The translations under genes were made by a program, and so were the position numbers. Under the pieces are notes generated by a model. That model was not told the origin of the DNA. It saw nothing but the letters and a program-made list of their open reading frames with translations, and searched no databases. From Octopus bimaculoides (Eukaryota), in the NCBI RefSeq assembly GCF_001194135.2, contig NC_069001.1, positions 11,363,884 to 11,420,285 of the forward strand: 56,402 nt of DNA, read 5' to 3'. Each line of letters opens with the position of its first letter. The stretch's first letter is position 1. Shown piece after piece: positions 23,794-36,166 of this stretch.

Positions 23794-24949
23794 CTATATA
23801 TATATATATATATATATGAAGCCAGGAAGAGACAAGGAAGGTTTTCGAGAAACGAATATGGGATAGCGGCAGAGGAAGACATGTTGAATTATGGAGAGTG
23901 GTGCTAGGAGTTTTGCTAGGGATAGAAAACGAAAGTGACGGATGAGGGATATGTTGCTGGGCATAGCTAATTGATAATTTAGGGTTAAATCGTAATTAAG
24001 AGAAATTATAGAGACTACGTAATGAGCAAACAAGGAATAAAATTTGTGCTTACATTAAAAGATTACGTCAATAAACCTATTCAGCAATAAGATGTTTTGG
24101 TGGCAACGAATATTGCTAGATTTCCTTGGACACAATTTACAAACACGGAGATCAGTATTATTCATCAGAGCATCACAGACTATAGACCAGGATAACTTCT
24201 TGGGAATATTTCCAGACTTGAGTTTATGCAAGTAGCCAAGGAAGTAGAAAGTTTAAAGGCTCGATATGAGAATGAATTCATGTGAACCCGGTGGCGGCGC
24301 GTGAATGCAACACTGACGCCAATGTAGACCCTAACCTGGTGGTAACGAAGTTATATTACCCAGCATTTATATACTACATTTTCTCTCCAGACGAAGGAAG
24401 CTGGTCGTACAGTATTGTTACTATGCGACCATCAACTGGTTGCATATGCATGACTTTCTGCACATTATATCTGTTAATTATGAATATTATGAATATCACG
24501 TAATTCCAAGGTCTCAGAAATTTCTGATTTTGTTGTGTGGACCATGGACCCCGTTTGGGAAGCAATGTTTAATGTTTAAAATAAGCCACATCTGAGATCT
24601 AAACTACCACGAAACTGCACACAAAATAAAGCCCCTGGAGTGATAGCTTTACTTTTATCAGCTAAGAACATTTCTTTATGGAGAAAATGGTTGGATACAA
24701 ATGGAATATAAATTGCTAATCTTTTTTTCTTCGGGTGCTGTATAGACCTGGATAGAAGGGGCAATGTGGCCGTTATTCCGTATTGGAGTGTTTAATGTAG
24801 GGGAGATTTGGTTGTTAATTCTGGTGAGTCTCGTGAATATGTAGAAACTCCCTCATTATCTCGTGTTGGTAATGCCGTTGCTGTTGTGGAGTTTTAATTA
24901 ATTGCAACTGCTGATTCTGCCGCTGTTGCTACTGCTGTTATAATTAAGA

Positions 24950-25770
24950 GAGGAGGGTGGGAAATGAAGGAATGAAAAAGGAAAATGATGCTGAGGAGGA
25001 GGGTGGTGGTGATGAGAATGATAAAGAGGAACAGGAAGAGGAGAAAGACAAAGAGAATGTTGGTGCTACTGCTGCTGCTGTTGCACTTGAAGTGGCGTTG
25101 TCTTTCGTATTCATATTATTGGTGTGTTTTTTTTTTTTGTTATTTCGGATATTATGTTCATGACTAAATTTGTTTTTGTTGTTAACGCTGCTGCCGTTGG
25201 TGATGATAGTGCTGCTGCTGCTGCTACTACTGCTGCTGATTTTTCTGGCGTACATTAGGATGATGCTAATGCTGGTGACGTTAATGGCAGTAGTGGTGGC
25301 GGGGTTCATAGTTCGGTAATTGCTGTAGGTAATGATAATGATGATGATGATGATGATGGGGTGGAATGGAATGTGGCTGTGGTAGTGGAGTTGGTGAAGA
25401 TGGAGTTGGTGGTGCTGATNNNNNNNNNNNNNNNNNNNNNNNNNNNNNNNNNNNNNNNNNNNNNNNNNNNNNNNNNNNNNNNNNNNNNNNNNNNGGTGGT
25501 GGTGATGATTTTGGCGGTGGTGGTGGCGGTGGCGGTGGCGGTGGCGGTAGTGGCAGAGTGGTTTAATAATCGTGGTGGTTCTGCTGATTATGACGGGAAT
25601 GCTGGTAACGGTGATGATGATGAGAACAACGACAGCGATGATGACGACGACGATGTTTATATTGTTATTATTCATCGGTTTTGTTCTCGTTATTGAAAAT
25701 TGCCGTTGTTATTGTGGCTGTTATTGCTGCTGCTGCTACAGATGATGTCACTGCTGATGTTGCTGCTACT
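24950..25770. repeat. Mixed trinucleotide low-complexity tract (GCT/GAT/GGT/GAG) with N-gap
   Basis: Direct inspection; source of ORFs 24944..25696. Confidence 0.85.
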
Positions 25771-27544
25771 CACTACAGCTTTACAAGCCTAAATCTTAAT
25801 TAATTTTAATTTTTCCATTAGCTTGATTGATCGAATGCCTTACAAAAGTGACATCTGGGTTTTAGATGCAATTCGGTGACGTGTCTGTGAATCCCTCACC
25901 CGCTCCCTCCTCTCTCCCTCGCTCTCCTCTTCTTCTCTCCTTTCCTAAGGACTTTTTTTCATGAGAGAAAGGGGGTTACAAAGCTGAATAGAATGTCTCC
26001 CCTTCCATCAGTGATGATGGGCATGCTACTAGAGTCATACGTGACCTTTTTAGGATGCCCTTCAATTATCAGAATGGAGACAACTTCCTTCTGTGATGGT
26101 CTCATATTACTAGAGGGATTGTCTCAGCAAATATATATTCCATTTCTCCACCCATGTGCCTTTCTTTACGGATATCTGTTTTTTTTCCTTCTTTTTATTT
26201 ATCTATTTGTTTTTCCTATTCAATATTACTCTCATTATTGTTTTTCAAATATTTCCAAATCCCCTTTTAGCGATAACATTCACAGCACGACAGCGAGTTA
26301 ATAAGCATGCATGGCGAGTTTCATTAATAAGCCTCTTGCTGTCTTGATAAATATAATGCTATCAACCACTTCAAATTTGATGAAAGATAGAGAAATTGTA
26401 GAAGCATAGATGCAGAATGTTAAACTGTTAGATTCAATGGAGATATACTATTTGTTTAAATTGGAGACCAATCGCTAATTCGTATTCCATATAAGAATAC
26501 TTATGTTAGTATTATCAGATTATGAATTGCAAAATTTCTAAAAGAAAATCTAACTGAGACTGCGATTAGAAAAAAATAACAACATTAGTTAATGACTCAT
26601 ATTATTGTAATTATTTCGGCAAGTGTGAAAGACATCTCTGAGCTGTTTTACTGTTCACGCTGAAATTGTGATGAGATGATTATGGAGTAAACGCATAACT
26701 TTATACAGTAGCTGGCTTAGGAACATAGCATTATTTAGAGAAGAAAGAACTCAACTTTGTATAACAAAATTCGACTTAGACCTACAAAAGATACATTGGT
26801 TGATATTATTATTTATATCCTACACACCATGTCTAGGTTGTTGTACAAGGCAAAGAAGTAATCGGGATATTAAATATCCAACTAAATGTAGATAACTTGT
26901 GTTGTTGATTAAAAAGTTAAATGAGTTGCTATTCACGATCATCCTGGATGTATGGGTAGAATATCTTAGCTGATCGAGATGACTACCTGGAACTTGGTAT
27001 TATAGCAGATTGTTCTGATCAGAAGTGCAATTAGGGATTACGAGATAACAATGCGTCGATTTTACAGTTCTGTCGCATATTACAAGATCAGGGTGTGTAT
27101 AAAATTTGTTTTAAAAGTAACCGTTTCCAGTTATAACAAATATAGTCGGTGAAATTAAATTAATATTTTTCACATTAGTTTATGCTCGACTATAATGAAG
27201 GACTATAAACGGTTAAGAAAACAACTTATTAGGGAAACTTCTGCGTGAAGCACTCCCGTATAAAATTATCTGTCAAATCTCACTTTTGCCTCCGCACACA
27301 AAGAAGGCCGAACGGCACAATGGATAATAGAGTCTTCGATTGGTTATGTACAAGAATTGACACCATGACCAAAGATAGACTATCGTTGCTCATACATTCG
27401 TTTCATAAAAGAAGATCTAAGCTAAACACGAACAAATTAATGACAAGTAGTGCTCCTTAAAGAAGGTGTTACTTAATGACTGCTTGCTTAGAGAAATGAT
27501 GTTACCATTAGAAATAAGCTGGATCAGCCTAAAAAATATGTTAG

Positions 27545-27773
27545 CGGTGAGCTGGCAGAATCGTTAGCACGCCGGGCAAAATGCTTAGCGGTACTTCGTC
27601 TGCCGTTACGTTCTCAGTTCAAATTCCGCCGAGGTCAACTTTGCCTTTCATCCTTTCGGGATCGATAAATTAAGTACCAGTTACGCACTGGGGTCGATGT
27701 AATCGACTTAATCCCTTTGTCTGTCCTTGTTTGTCCCCTCTATGTTTAGCCCCTTGTGGGCAATAAAGAAATA
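27545..27773 (+). mobile_element. Nin/Deu-like SINE, tail-1, full length, little decayed
   Basis: CGGTGAGCTGGCAGAATCGTTAG...AGTTCAAATTCCGCCGAGG...CCCCTTGTGGGCAATAAAGAAATA; 19-bp direct repeat AGAAATGATGTTACCATTA at 27492-27510 and 27774-27792. Confidence 0.95.
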
Positions 27774-27869
27774 AGAAATGATGTTACCATTACACGTAAA
27801 AATGTCTTTACCCCCAAAGGTCGACGTTTTTAGCCTGTCTCTATATAAGTAGGTTTTCTTGCACACATA

Positions 27870-28420
27870 CGGGGGTGGGCTGAAAAGTTCATAGGCTGAC
27901 TGAGCTGAGGAGCGACGCTCGAGCTGCGGAATCGTGCATGCATTAATTTCAATTCTTCTTAATAATACCTGCATTGTTTCTTTCCAGGTAAACTGCTATC
28001 TCACTCTTCAATGAAAACTGCAAAGGTAACTGGTAGCAACAGCAGATATGACATCATTATCACTTCGATACTGGTCCCCAGCCAAGTATTTTTATTTCTG
28101 TTGGAGAAGATAATAGCCAGATGGGGGCGATGAACCCATTCAAAGCCACACTCACGCGCAGTAACCCTTCAGACCAAGGACTTCCGTGCTGGAATATTGT
28201 CCTTATGAAACAAGACACTTTTCCTCAATTTTACTAGGAATTAATCTTGATAGCCTTTCACAACTGCCTCAGTTTGTTGGTATACTAGTCTCCATATATG
28301 GTGTAGCCATTTTGAACACAGTTGATTAACACAATCCCGAAAAACTGAGGCCATCACATTCCCTGCAGATGGCTTACACTGAAGTTGTGAGGAGAGACGT
28401 TTTCACCGCATGGGTTGTTT
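27870..28420 (-). mobile_element. Mariner relic with one TIR (second family)
   Basis: TA-CGGGGGTGGGCTGAAAAGTTCATAGGCTGAC TIR; minus strand QNGYTIYGD*YTNKLRQL*KAIK, CGFEWVHRP and LAGDQYRSDNDVISAV. Confidence 0.85.
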
Positions 28421-28606
28421 CTTTGTTTGTGACTCAAAGTAATCAACCTAGCACGCATTTTTCGTTAGGAAACTTTCAAAGAAATGAGCTGGATCTGCCA
28501 AAAAAAAAAAACTGTTAGATTTTCCCTGGTGCGCTTTTTATCATGTATCAGAAAATATTGCACTCACCGAGCATAAACTTTCGTCATGCCAAGTACATTA
28601 CTCTTT

Positions 28607-29147
28607 TTACCCTTTTACTTGTTTCAGTCAAGTGACTGCGGCCATGCTGGAGCACCGCCTTTAGTCGAGCAAATCTACACCAGGACTTATTCTTTCTAAG
28701 CCTAGTACTTAGAAAGTTACGGGNNNNNNNNNNNNNNNNNNNNNNNNNNNNNNNNNNNNNNNNNNNNNNNNNNNNNNNNNNNNNNNNNNNNNNNNNNNNN
28801 NNNNNNNNNNNNNNNNNNNNNNNNNNNNNNNNNNNNNNNNNNNNNNNNNNNNNNNNNNNNNNNNNNNNNNNNNNNNNNNNNNNNNNNNNNNNNNNNNNNN
28901 NNNNNNNNNNNNNNNNNNNNNNNNNNNNNNNNNNNNNNNNNNNNNNNNNNNNNNNNNNNNNNNNNNNNNNNNNNNTATATATATGACAGGCTTTTTTCAG
29001 TTTTTGTCTACCATATCCACTCACAAGGCTTTGGTCGGCCTGAGGCTATAGTAGAAGATACTTGCCCGAGGTGCTACGCAGTGGGACTGAACCCAGAACC
29101 ATGTGGTTGGTAAGCAATCTATTTACCACGCAGCCACTCCTGCGCCT
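28607..29147 (-). mobile_element. CORE-like SINE spanning an N-gap (head 28976-29147, tail 28607-28723)
   Basis: Head GGCGCAGGAGTGGCTGCGTGGT, B-box GGGTTCAGTCCC, MIR-core-like GCACCTCGGGCAAGT; tail lies on the same strand across the gap and (TA)n. Confidence 0.8.
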
Positions 29148-29654
29148 ATTGTGCAGAATATTCTCAACTCTCACAAGATATGCTAATAGCACTAACTATT
29201 TGACTTATAGTCAATTGTTTGTCCTCCATCACCTTGTTTGTGGTGAGCACGAAATGTTTTCCTCGGTGGTAGGAGTCGCAGGACGTCCCGGACTTGGGTC
29301 ATCTTCAAGTCTCTCTCTCCATCTCCTAAATTCAGTTGCCCACTTTTGCTCTGTTAATAAAGCTGGAACATTATCGCTTAATGTTACAAACATGTCGGCC
29401 TGAATGCCCCTGTGGGGCGAAACCCTTTTATCTGAATTTACTTGATAACATCACTATGCCAAATTTCGTTTATTTTCTAGAGAAGTCGCTGCTAGTTACA
29501 TTTGAAGTCTTCTTTGAACAGTCAGATGTCAGTTTACCTGGAAAAAGCAATTAGAGTCTTCATTAAGAATGAGTGAAATTAAGACATGCAATATTTTACA
29601 GCTCTAGCGTCACTCCTTCATAATCAGCCTATGTACCTATCAGTCCACCCTTAT

Positions 29655-30057
29655 TTATTATTATTTTTTTGTTTTTTGTTGGCACTCCGTCGCTTACGAC
29701 GTCGACGGTTCCAGTCGATCCGATCAACGGAACAGCCTGCTCGTGAAATTAACGTGCAAGTGGTTGAGCACTCCACAGACACGTGTACCCTTAATGTAAT
29801 TCTCGGGGATATTCAGCGTGACACAGTGTGACAAGGCTGACCCTTTGAATTATAGGCACAACAGAAACAGGAAGAAAGAGTGAGAGAAAGTTGTGGTGAA
29901 AGAGTACAGCAGGGTTCGCCACCATCCCCTGCCGGAGCCTCGTGGAGGTTTAGGTGTTTTCGCTCAAAAAACACTCACAACGCCCGGTCTGGGAATCGAA
30001 ACCGCGATCCTATGACCGCAAGTCCGCTGCCCTAACCACTGGACCATTGCGCCTCCA
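29655..30057 (-). mobile_element. SINE head-1 + tail-X, full length
   Basis: Reverse complement of the 14055 copy; TSD GTCCACCCTTAT at 29643-29654 and 30058-30069. Confidence 0.95.
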
Positions 30058-31199
30058 GTCCACCCTTATACGTATACATAAATACACATAACACTGAAGC
30101 ATATCAATCCTCAGATAGATATTTTATAACGCGATATCTTTTACGGCGATGCATATAAAACAGATGGCGGAATATAGATCATTGAGATGAAAAGCTTATA
30201 CTTTGGTGGGTACATACTTCTAAGTGAATCTGTAATTCTTGTTTGGGAGCTTATTTCCGATCTACTTTTCAAATCTCCTACTTCTCTATTCTCACTACAC
30301 ACACAGATATAAACGTATATAAAGGCATGCAAATAAATAGGCTCGCTTGTCTGTTTATCTGTTAACTTATTTTAATTGGATAAGCTATAGACGGGTTTGT
30401 GGTCGAGAAATCTTAGAATTAAAGAGAACATGTTGAAACCGAGTGTAGCCTCCTCAATATTTCAATGAACTCGACGCCCTTCAGCAGAATTCTTATCTTG
30501 ATAAAATATAATTGCAAGAGATATCCCTTCCCCAACTCATAGCAATATATCCTAATTGTTTATAACGTAACCGATATCTTCTGCCTTAATATATCAGCCT
30601 AGCTTTGTAACAGTAATGTTTCTCTGATTATCATTCACATCCGATAGAAGACTTATCATATCTAGATCTCTGACGGATGTATTTTTAGTGAAAATAATAT
30701 TCTGTAGTGTTTTAACGTCAGTTACTCTCATTAAAAAAAGAAAGTGGGAAAATGTATTAATTCAGAAACATTGAAATCTTAATTGGTTTTGATATTGGTG
30801 AATATGAGCTCATATCTGTCTTCTTTTATATAGAATATTTTCATCTGTTAGAAAAGAAAATATTTTCGGAAAATTAAAGCACGCAACGAAAGAGAATATT
30901 ACTGAAAAACTGTCTCAAGAGATTCCAAGATTATTAAATCAGCAAAACGTTTCTCTTGTTACAATGTTTTGTGAAATATCATTTGGGAAATTTCAGGATT
31001 TGATACAATGAGTCACAAACAGGGGTTGGGTAAATACAATCTGATGAGCGAAAAATAAATAAATAAATAGATAAATAGATAAATAAATAAAAGGCAGACA
31101 ATTACATTTTTATCAAGAATGACAACGACTCCGAACGTAAGCAGTTAAACAGTATTCATTAATATGACAATAATGATAATTTTAATTATTGTTTCTAAG

Positions 31200-31290
31200 G
31201 TACTAAGGGCCTGAAATTTGAGTGAGTGCGCTAGTCAATTATATTGACCCTCCTCAGTACTTGACTAGTATGCATTTTATCGACCCTGAA
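31200..31290 (-). mobile_element. Nin/Deu-like SINE 3' fragment
   Basis: GGGCCTGAAATTTG...ATTGACC...TTTTATCGACCCTGAAAG. Confidence 0.55.
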
Positions 31291-31838
31291 AGAAAGAAAA
31301 TCTGAAGTGGGACGACGAGGACGACGGTGGTGGAGGCGGAGGCTTTGTGCAGCTCCTGGCGAACAGCTTCTGTGGAAGCTCTGCAGTAATTTTGGGAGCT
31401 GCACTTTTATGATCCTTTCTATCAATTCGCGTAAGAATCCGACGGTCCCTCTCTGAAAGTTTTGGTTTTCTCCCGGAGTTTTTTGGGTTTTTTTTCGAAG
31501 AGGAGGTTTTTCTCTCTTTCTCAAAAGCTGTTATTACTTTCGAGACAGTAATTCTTGATACACCAAACATTTTGGCAGTTTTCATTACGCTAGCGCCTGC
31601 CATAGGAGCACCAGCAATTTGACCTCTTTGAAACTCCGATAGATCTGTCATTTTAATGAATTTCAATTACCTTTTTCTGATGATATCGGAAAAGAAAGAA
31701 CAATTTCAGCAAAACATATTAAGCAACACTAAAAAAAAAAAAATTTTTTAAATTTAACAAGCTTTTGACGGTTTTATAGATATTTCAAAATTATGATGCT
31801 ATGATGCTTGGTGTTTCCATTATTTTGCCCAACGCCTG
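31277..31838 (-). mobile_element. Tc1-like transposon 5' part (TIR and paired-like DNA-binding domain)
   Basis: TA-CAGGCGTTGGGCAAAATAATGGAAACACC TIR ending at 31838; ORF MTDLSEFQRGQIAGAPMAGASVMKTAKMFGVSRITVSKV...GRKPKLSERDRRILTRI. Confidence 0.9.
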
Positions 31839-32979
31839 TATATTCTAGACCTTCACTGGATCCAGACATCCTGTCTCTTGTCCAAGACGCCTTCTCCATC
31901 GTCTGTACAACCTACCGCACCTTCATCATCACCCCGCAAACAACTGTCTTCTCTTCCCAAAACCTTTTCATATGATTGTAAATATGTGTATGTCTGTCAG
32001 AGTTGTCATGGTTTCATTGCTTCCAATGTTTCCAGCATGAGAAATAACATAAACAATGTTTTAAGCAGTGATTAGGGGAAAAAAATTATGGCTCAGATAA
32101 TATTACTCATAAAGCCGAGTTAAAAACGAAAGCTAGTCCTAATGTTTCGCCTTAGCGAATGATATAACGCAAGAATTACATTCATCAGAAGTATTGCATA
32201 CGCTTAATTAAATTATGTTATTACGTGATTATAAGTTTCTGTAATAGTTAAATGCTTATGTACACATTACGTGTTTGACAGGGTGTTGTTAAAAGTCTTC
32301 ATCAACATTTTTTTTTATTATGCGACACTGTCTCATTGCTTCCTCAAGATTTTATTCAAGTACTCAGAAGAATTCAGCCAAAAAATGGTCTCAACAAAAC
32401 TGGCAAGTAAAATCATTCCAAAGGTTTGTTATTTAGTGAATACTAGCAGAGACATCCGACGATTAAACGTAGCAAGACGCAACGAAAATTTTAGGAAAAT
32501 AAAAATAAGAAATAAGTGGAAATTTTACCGGTGATAGTGTAAATTTTAAGGCACAATAAGAAAATGACTCTCCCCAGACACAACAGAATATGCTTCAACA
32601 CACGAAATCACATAAAAAATCTTGCAAACCAAATCCAAAAACGAAATATATATATATATATATATATATATTACAGTTACGTTGAAACAGGTGAATCGGG
32701 AAAGTGCAGCATTGACGACAAAACATTTGTGGAGTAAATGATGGTCTAATTCGACTAATCGACATGTAATACATATATATTGGAGGATTCGAAGTGCTAA
32801 CCTATCATGGAAAATTGGGGGTGAAGGTATGTAATTTTCTAACCCATCGAAAAGCTCAGTGGAATATTCTCCTTTGAGGCGGTCAGCACTACGTCTAACA
32901 CGACCCGTCGTATGGTTGACAGTCAAATGAATGGTGGTGGTAATGGAGATATTCTGGGTAAATGGGTACATTCTAGAAA

Positions 32980-33200
32980 TGGGTTGCAATGGGAGAGGGT
33001 AAGGAGCTGGTAGTGCTTGCAATCTTACCTTACCGCCCGAGCAGCACATGCCATTTGATTCATTTGGAAATTTGAAAGCTTCGCAGAAACGACATTTTGA
33101 GTGTAGCACACCATTTTGTACAGAATTATAGGAATAGAATGGGTCATATCTGAAAGCAGCTCCTGGTGTTGCGAAGAGCGAATTTGCATGTTATCTATTT
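32980..33200 (-). mobile_element. Helitron Rep/Hel N-terminal relic
   Basis: AFRYDP...CRFCEAFKFPNESNGMCCSGGKVRLQALPAPYPLPL fits the Helitron CxxCxAxKFxxExxGMCCxxGKVxL motif. Confidence 0.8.
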
Positions 33201-34199
33201 CTGAGAGATTATTGTATTGGACCTCTGTCTAATCTGGCGTGTTAAACGTTCTAATGATTCAGCATTAAGTATTACAGCATGCCTTAGCTAATATTGGAAA
33301 AATNNNNNNNNNNNNNNNNNNNNNNNNNNNNNNNNNNNNNNNNNNNNNNNNNNNNNNNNNNNNNNNNNNNNNNNNNNNNNNNNNNNNNNNNNNNNNNNNN
33401 NNNNNNNNNNNNNNNNNNNNNNNNNNNNNNNNNNNNNNNNNNNNNNNNNNNNNNNNNNNNNNNNNNNNNNNNNNNNNNNNNNNNNNNNNNNNNNNNNNNN
33501 NNNNNNNNNNNNNNNNNNNNNNNNNNNNNNNNNNNNNNNNNNNNNNNNNNNNNNNNNNNNNNNNNNNNNNNNNNNNNNNNNNNNNNNNNNNNNNNNNNNN
33601 NNNNNNNNNNNNNNNNNNNNNNNNNNNNNNNNNNNNNNNNNNNNNNNNNNNNNNNNNNNNNNNNNNNNNNNNNNNNNNNNNNNNNNNNNNNNNNNNNNNN
33701 NNNNNNNNNNNNNNNNNNNNNNNNNNNNNNNNNNNNNNNNNNNNNNNNNNNNNNNNNNNNNNNNNNNNNNNNNNNNNNNNNNNNNNNNNNNNNNNNNNNN
33801 NNNNNNNNNNNNNNNNNNNNNNNNNNNNNNNNNNNNNNNNNNNNNNNNNNNNNNNNNNNNNNNNNNNNNNNNNNNNNNNNNNNNNNNNNNNNNNNNNNNN
33901 NNNNNNNNNNNNNNNNNNNNNNNNNNNNNNNNNNNNNNNNNNNNNNNNNNNNNNNNNNNNNNNNNNNNNNNNNNNNNNNNNNNNNNNNNNNNNNNNNNNN
34001 NNNNNNNNNNNNNNNNNNNNNNNNNNNNNNNNNNNNNNNNNNNNNNNNNNNNNNNNNNNNNNNNNNNNNNNNNNNNNNNNNNNNNNNNNNNNNNNNNNNN
34101 NNNNNNNNNNNNNNNNNNNNNNNNNNNNNNNNNNNNNNNNNNNNNNNNNNNNNNNNNNNNNNNNNNNNNNNNNNNNNNNNNNNNNNNNATTCTTTTCGT

Positions 34200-34248
34200 T
34201 CGATTTTATGGCGGAGGGGGAACAAACAGTGACACAAATACAAACATG

Positions 34249-34282
<34 letters not shown>

Positions 34283-34419
34283 CGACAGGCTTGTTTCAGT
34301 TTTCCTCTATGAGATCCACTCACAAGGCTTTCGAAGAAAACAGTCGCGCAAGGTGCCACATAGTGGGACTGAACCCGAAACCATGTGGTTGGGAAGCAAG
34401 CCCCTTACCATACAGCCAC
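34200..34419 (-). mobile_element. CORE-like SINE head, core, internal (TA)n and tail start
   Basis: GTGGCTGTATGGTAAGG...GGGTTCAGTCCCACTATGTGGCACCTTGCGCGAC...GCCTTGTGAGTGGATCT. Confidence 0.8.
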
Positions 34420-34744
34420 ATATAATTTATACATACAGGTGTAAGGAGAGCTGCATAGCAAGGAAATTCTTGTAACCCCGTGGTGTCAGGTCTGTTTTTA
34501 CAGCTCGACAACTTGGAAAGCCCTTGATATTGTGGGTCAATCAATACCTTGTAAATGTATATAATGGACGGAGAGTCTTGTAACTCATTGGTATAAAATT
34601 TATTTCTGTATGTGTGTGTGTGTGTGTGTGTTCTCCGAGCGCGTGTGAATGAATACCTGAAAATATGTACATACCTATGTACATACTTATCATATGCGTG
34701 TGAGTGTGCGTGTATGAATGTATTAATAACTCTATTATTCATAA

Positions 34745-34920
34745 TGGAGGCGCAATGGTTAGCGCAACGGACTCGCGGTCGGAGGATCGCGGTTTCGATT
34801 CCCAGACCGGGCTTTGTGTGTGTTTATTGAGCGAAAACACCAAAAGCTCCATGAGGCTCCGGCAAGGGGTGGTGGCGACCCCTGTTCTGCTCTTTCGCCC
34901 CAACTTTCTCTCACTGTTTC
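34745..34920 (+). mobile_element. SINE head-1/body-A, truncated by an N-gap
   Basis: TGGAGGCGCAATGG...GGTTTCGATTCCCAGACCGGG...CAACTTTCTCTCAC. Confidence 0.9.
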
Positions 34921-35417
34921 NNNNNNNNNNNNNNNNNNNNNNNNNNNNNNNNNNNNNNNNNNNNNNNNNNNNNNNNNNNNNNNNNNNNNNNNNNNNNNNN
35001 NNNNNNNNNNNNNNNNNNNNNNNNNNNNNNNNNNNNNNNNNNNNNNNNNNNNNNNNNNNNNNNNNNNNNNNNNNNNNNNNNNNNNNNNNNNNNNNNNNNN
35101 NNNNNNNNNNNNNNNNNNNNNNNNNNNNNNNNNNNNNNNNNNNNNTGTAAGGAATATGGGGGGGGGTTAGTTCAATTGAGATCTGAACGATGGTGCTGTA
35201 GCTGGTCGACCATTAGTTTCTAAAATCACAGCTAAAGGCAGGATCTAGGGATCCGTGTTAGGGTTCCGTTATAGCATTTATATATTATATTAGAGGAAAG
35301 ATCAAAACGAAGGGAGAACGAGTGTCTCAAGTCATTTAGAATAATTTAAACTGAAGTCTTACAGCTGTTTCTGGGATAACCCAAATGGTTGCTTTTGATT
35401 TTTCCTCTAATATATCA

Positions 35418-35638
35418 TGGCTCTCCGTCGACTACGACGACGAGGGTTCCAGTTGATTCGATCAACGGAACAGCCTGCTCGTGAAATTAACGTGCAAGAG
35501 GCTGAGTTCTCCACAGACACGTGTGCCCTTAATGTAGTTCTCGGACAGATTCAGCTTGACACAGTGCGAGACATGGCCGGCCCTTTGAAATACACGACAA
35601 CAGAAACAAGAAGAAAGAGAGAAAGTTGTGGGGAAAGA
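35418..35638 (-). mobile_element. SINE tail-X, 5'-truncated
   Basis: GGGTTCCAGTTGATTCGATCAACGGAACAGCCTGCTCGTGAAATTAACGTGC. Confidence 0.88.
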
Positions 35639-36132
35639 CTGTGTTGCATGATAACAACAAAGTACGATTGAACGAAAAGTCCCAGTGAAGTTGGTGTTTC
35701 ATATTTGATAAACTTAACGAAGACATTTCAATTTAGTAAAATTACACCAGGAAGAGAATAATCGCTATCTAAATGACTAATTCTAGTTAAAATTAATTAA
35801 AGAGCAATTGCTTTCATATGCAATCAATTTTGATTACTTTAATATTGACTCACTTGACATTGTTCTCGATATTTAATTAATGTTAATTAATTAAATTTTT
35901 CAGGTTTACCGTCCCTGCATTTATATGAAGTTATCACCCTTAATTTTAGTTCATTAAAATTTCATGACCTACTCCATGAACTATTTGCTCTCACGTAACA
36001 ATTATCATTCTGTAGATATATCTAACCATTTCCCTATTTAGTATCATGTTATTACGTTGCACTCAGTTCATTCAAAAATAATCATACACACTTCTATGAT
36101 CTTCTGTTCAGTAACTGTCATACTATAATTTG

Positions 36133-36166
36133 CTGAAGAGATCAAAGGAGCGCGAAACATGTCCTT
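36133..36166 (+). ncRNA. Decayed minimal hammerhead ribozyme core
   Basis: CTGAAGA (36133-39), GAAA (36154-57), palindromic ACATGT helix III and GTC site, but helices I and II do not pair. Confidence 0.35.

Noticed and set aside
24100-24430. Possible Penelope GIY-YIG tail with CCAGACGAAGG and a hairpin
   Set aside because: Only vague protein resemblance; HHR core incomplete
30141-30332. ORF with LFISMIYIPPS resembling an APE endonuclease strand
   Set aside because: Single short motif with no other APE residues found
31041-31053. CTGATGAGCGAAA
   Set aside because: No helix II loop, helix III or cleavage triplet
32690-32737. GESGK P-loop-like peptide after an AG
   Set aside because: Continues KCSIDD rather than KST and stops after 15 codons
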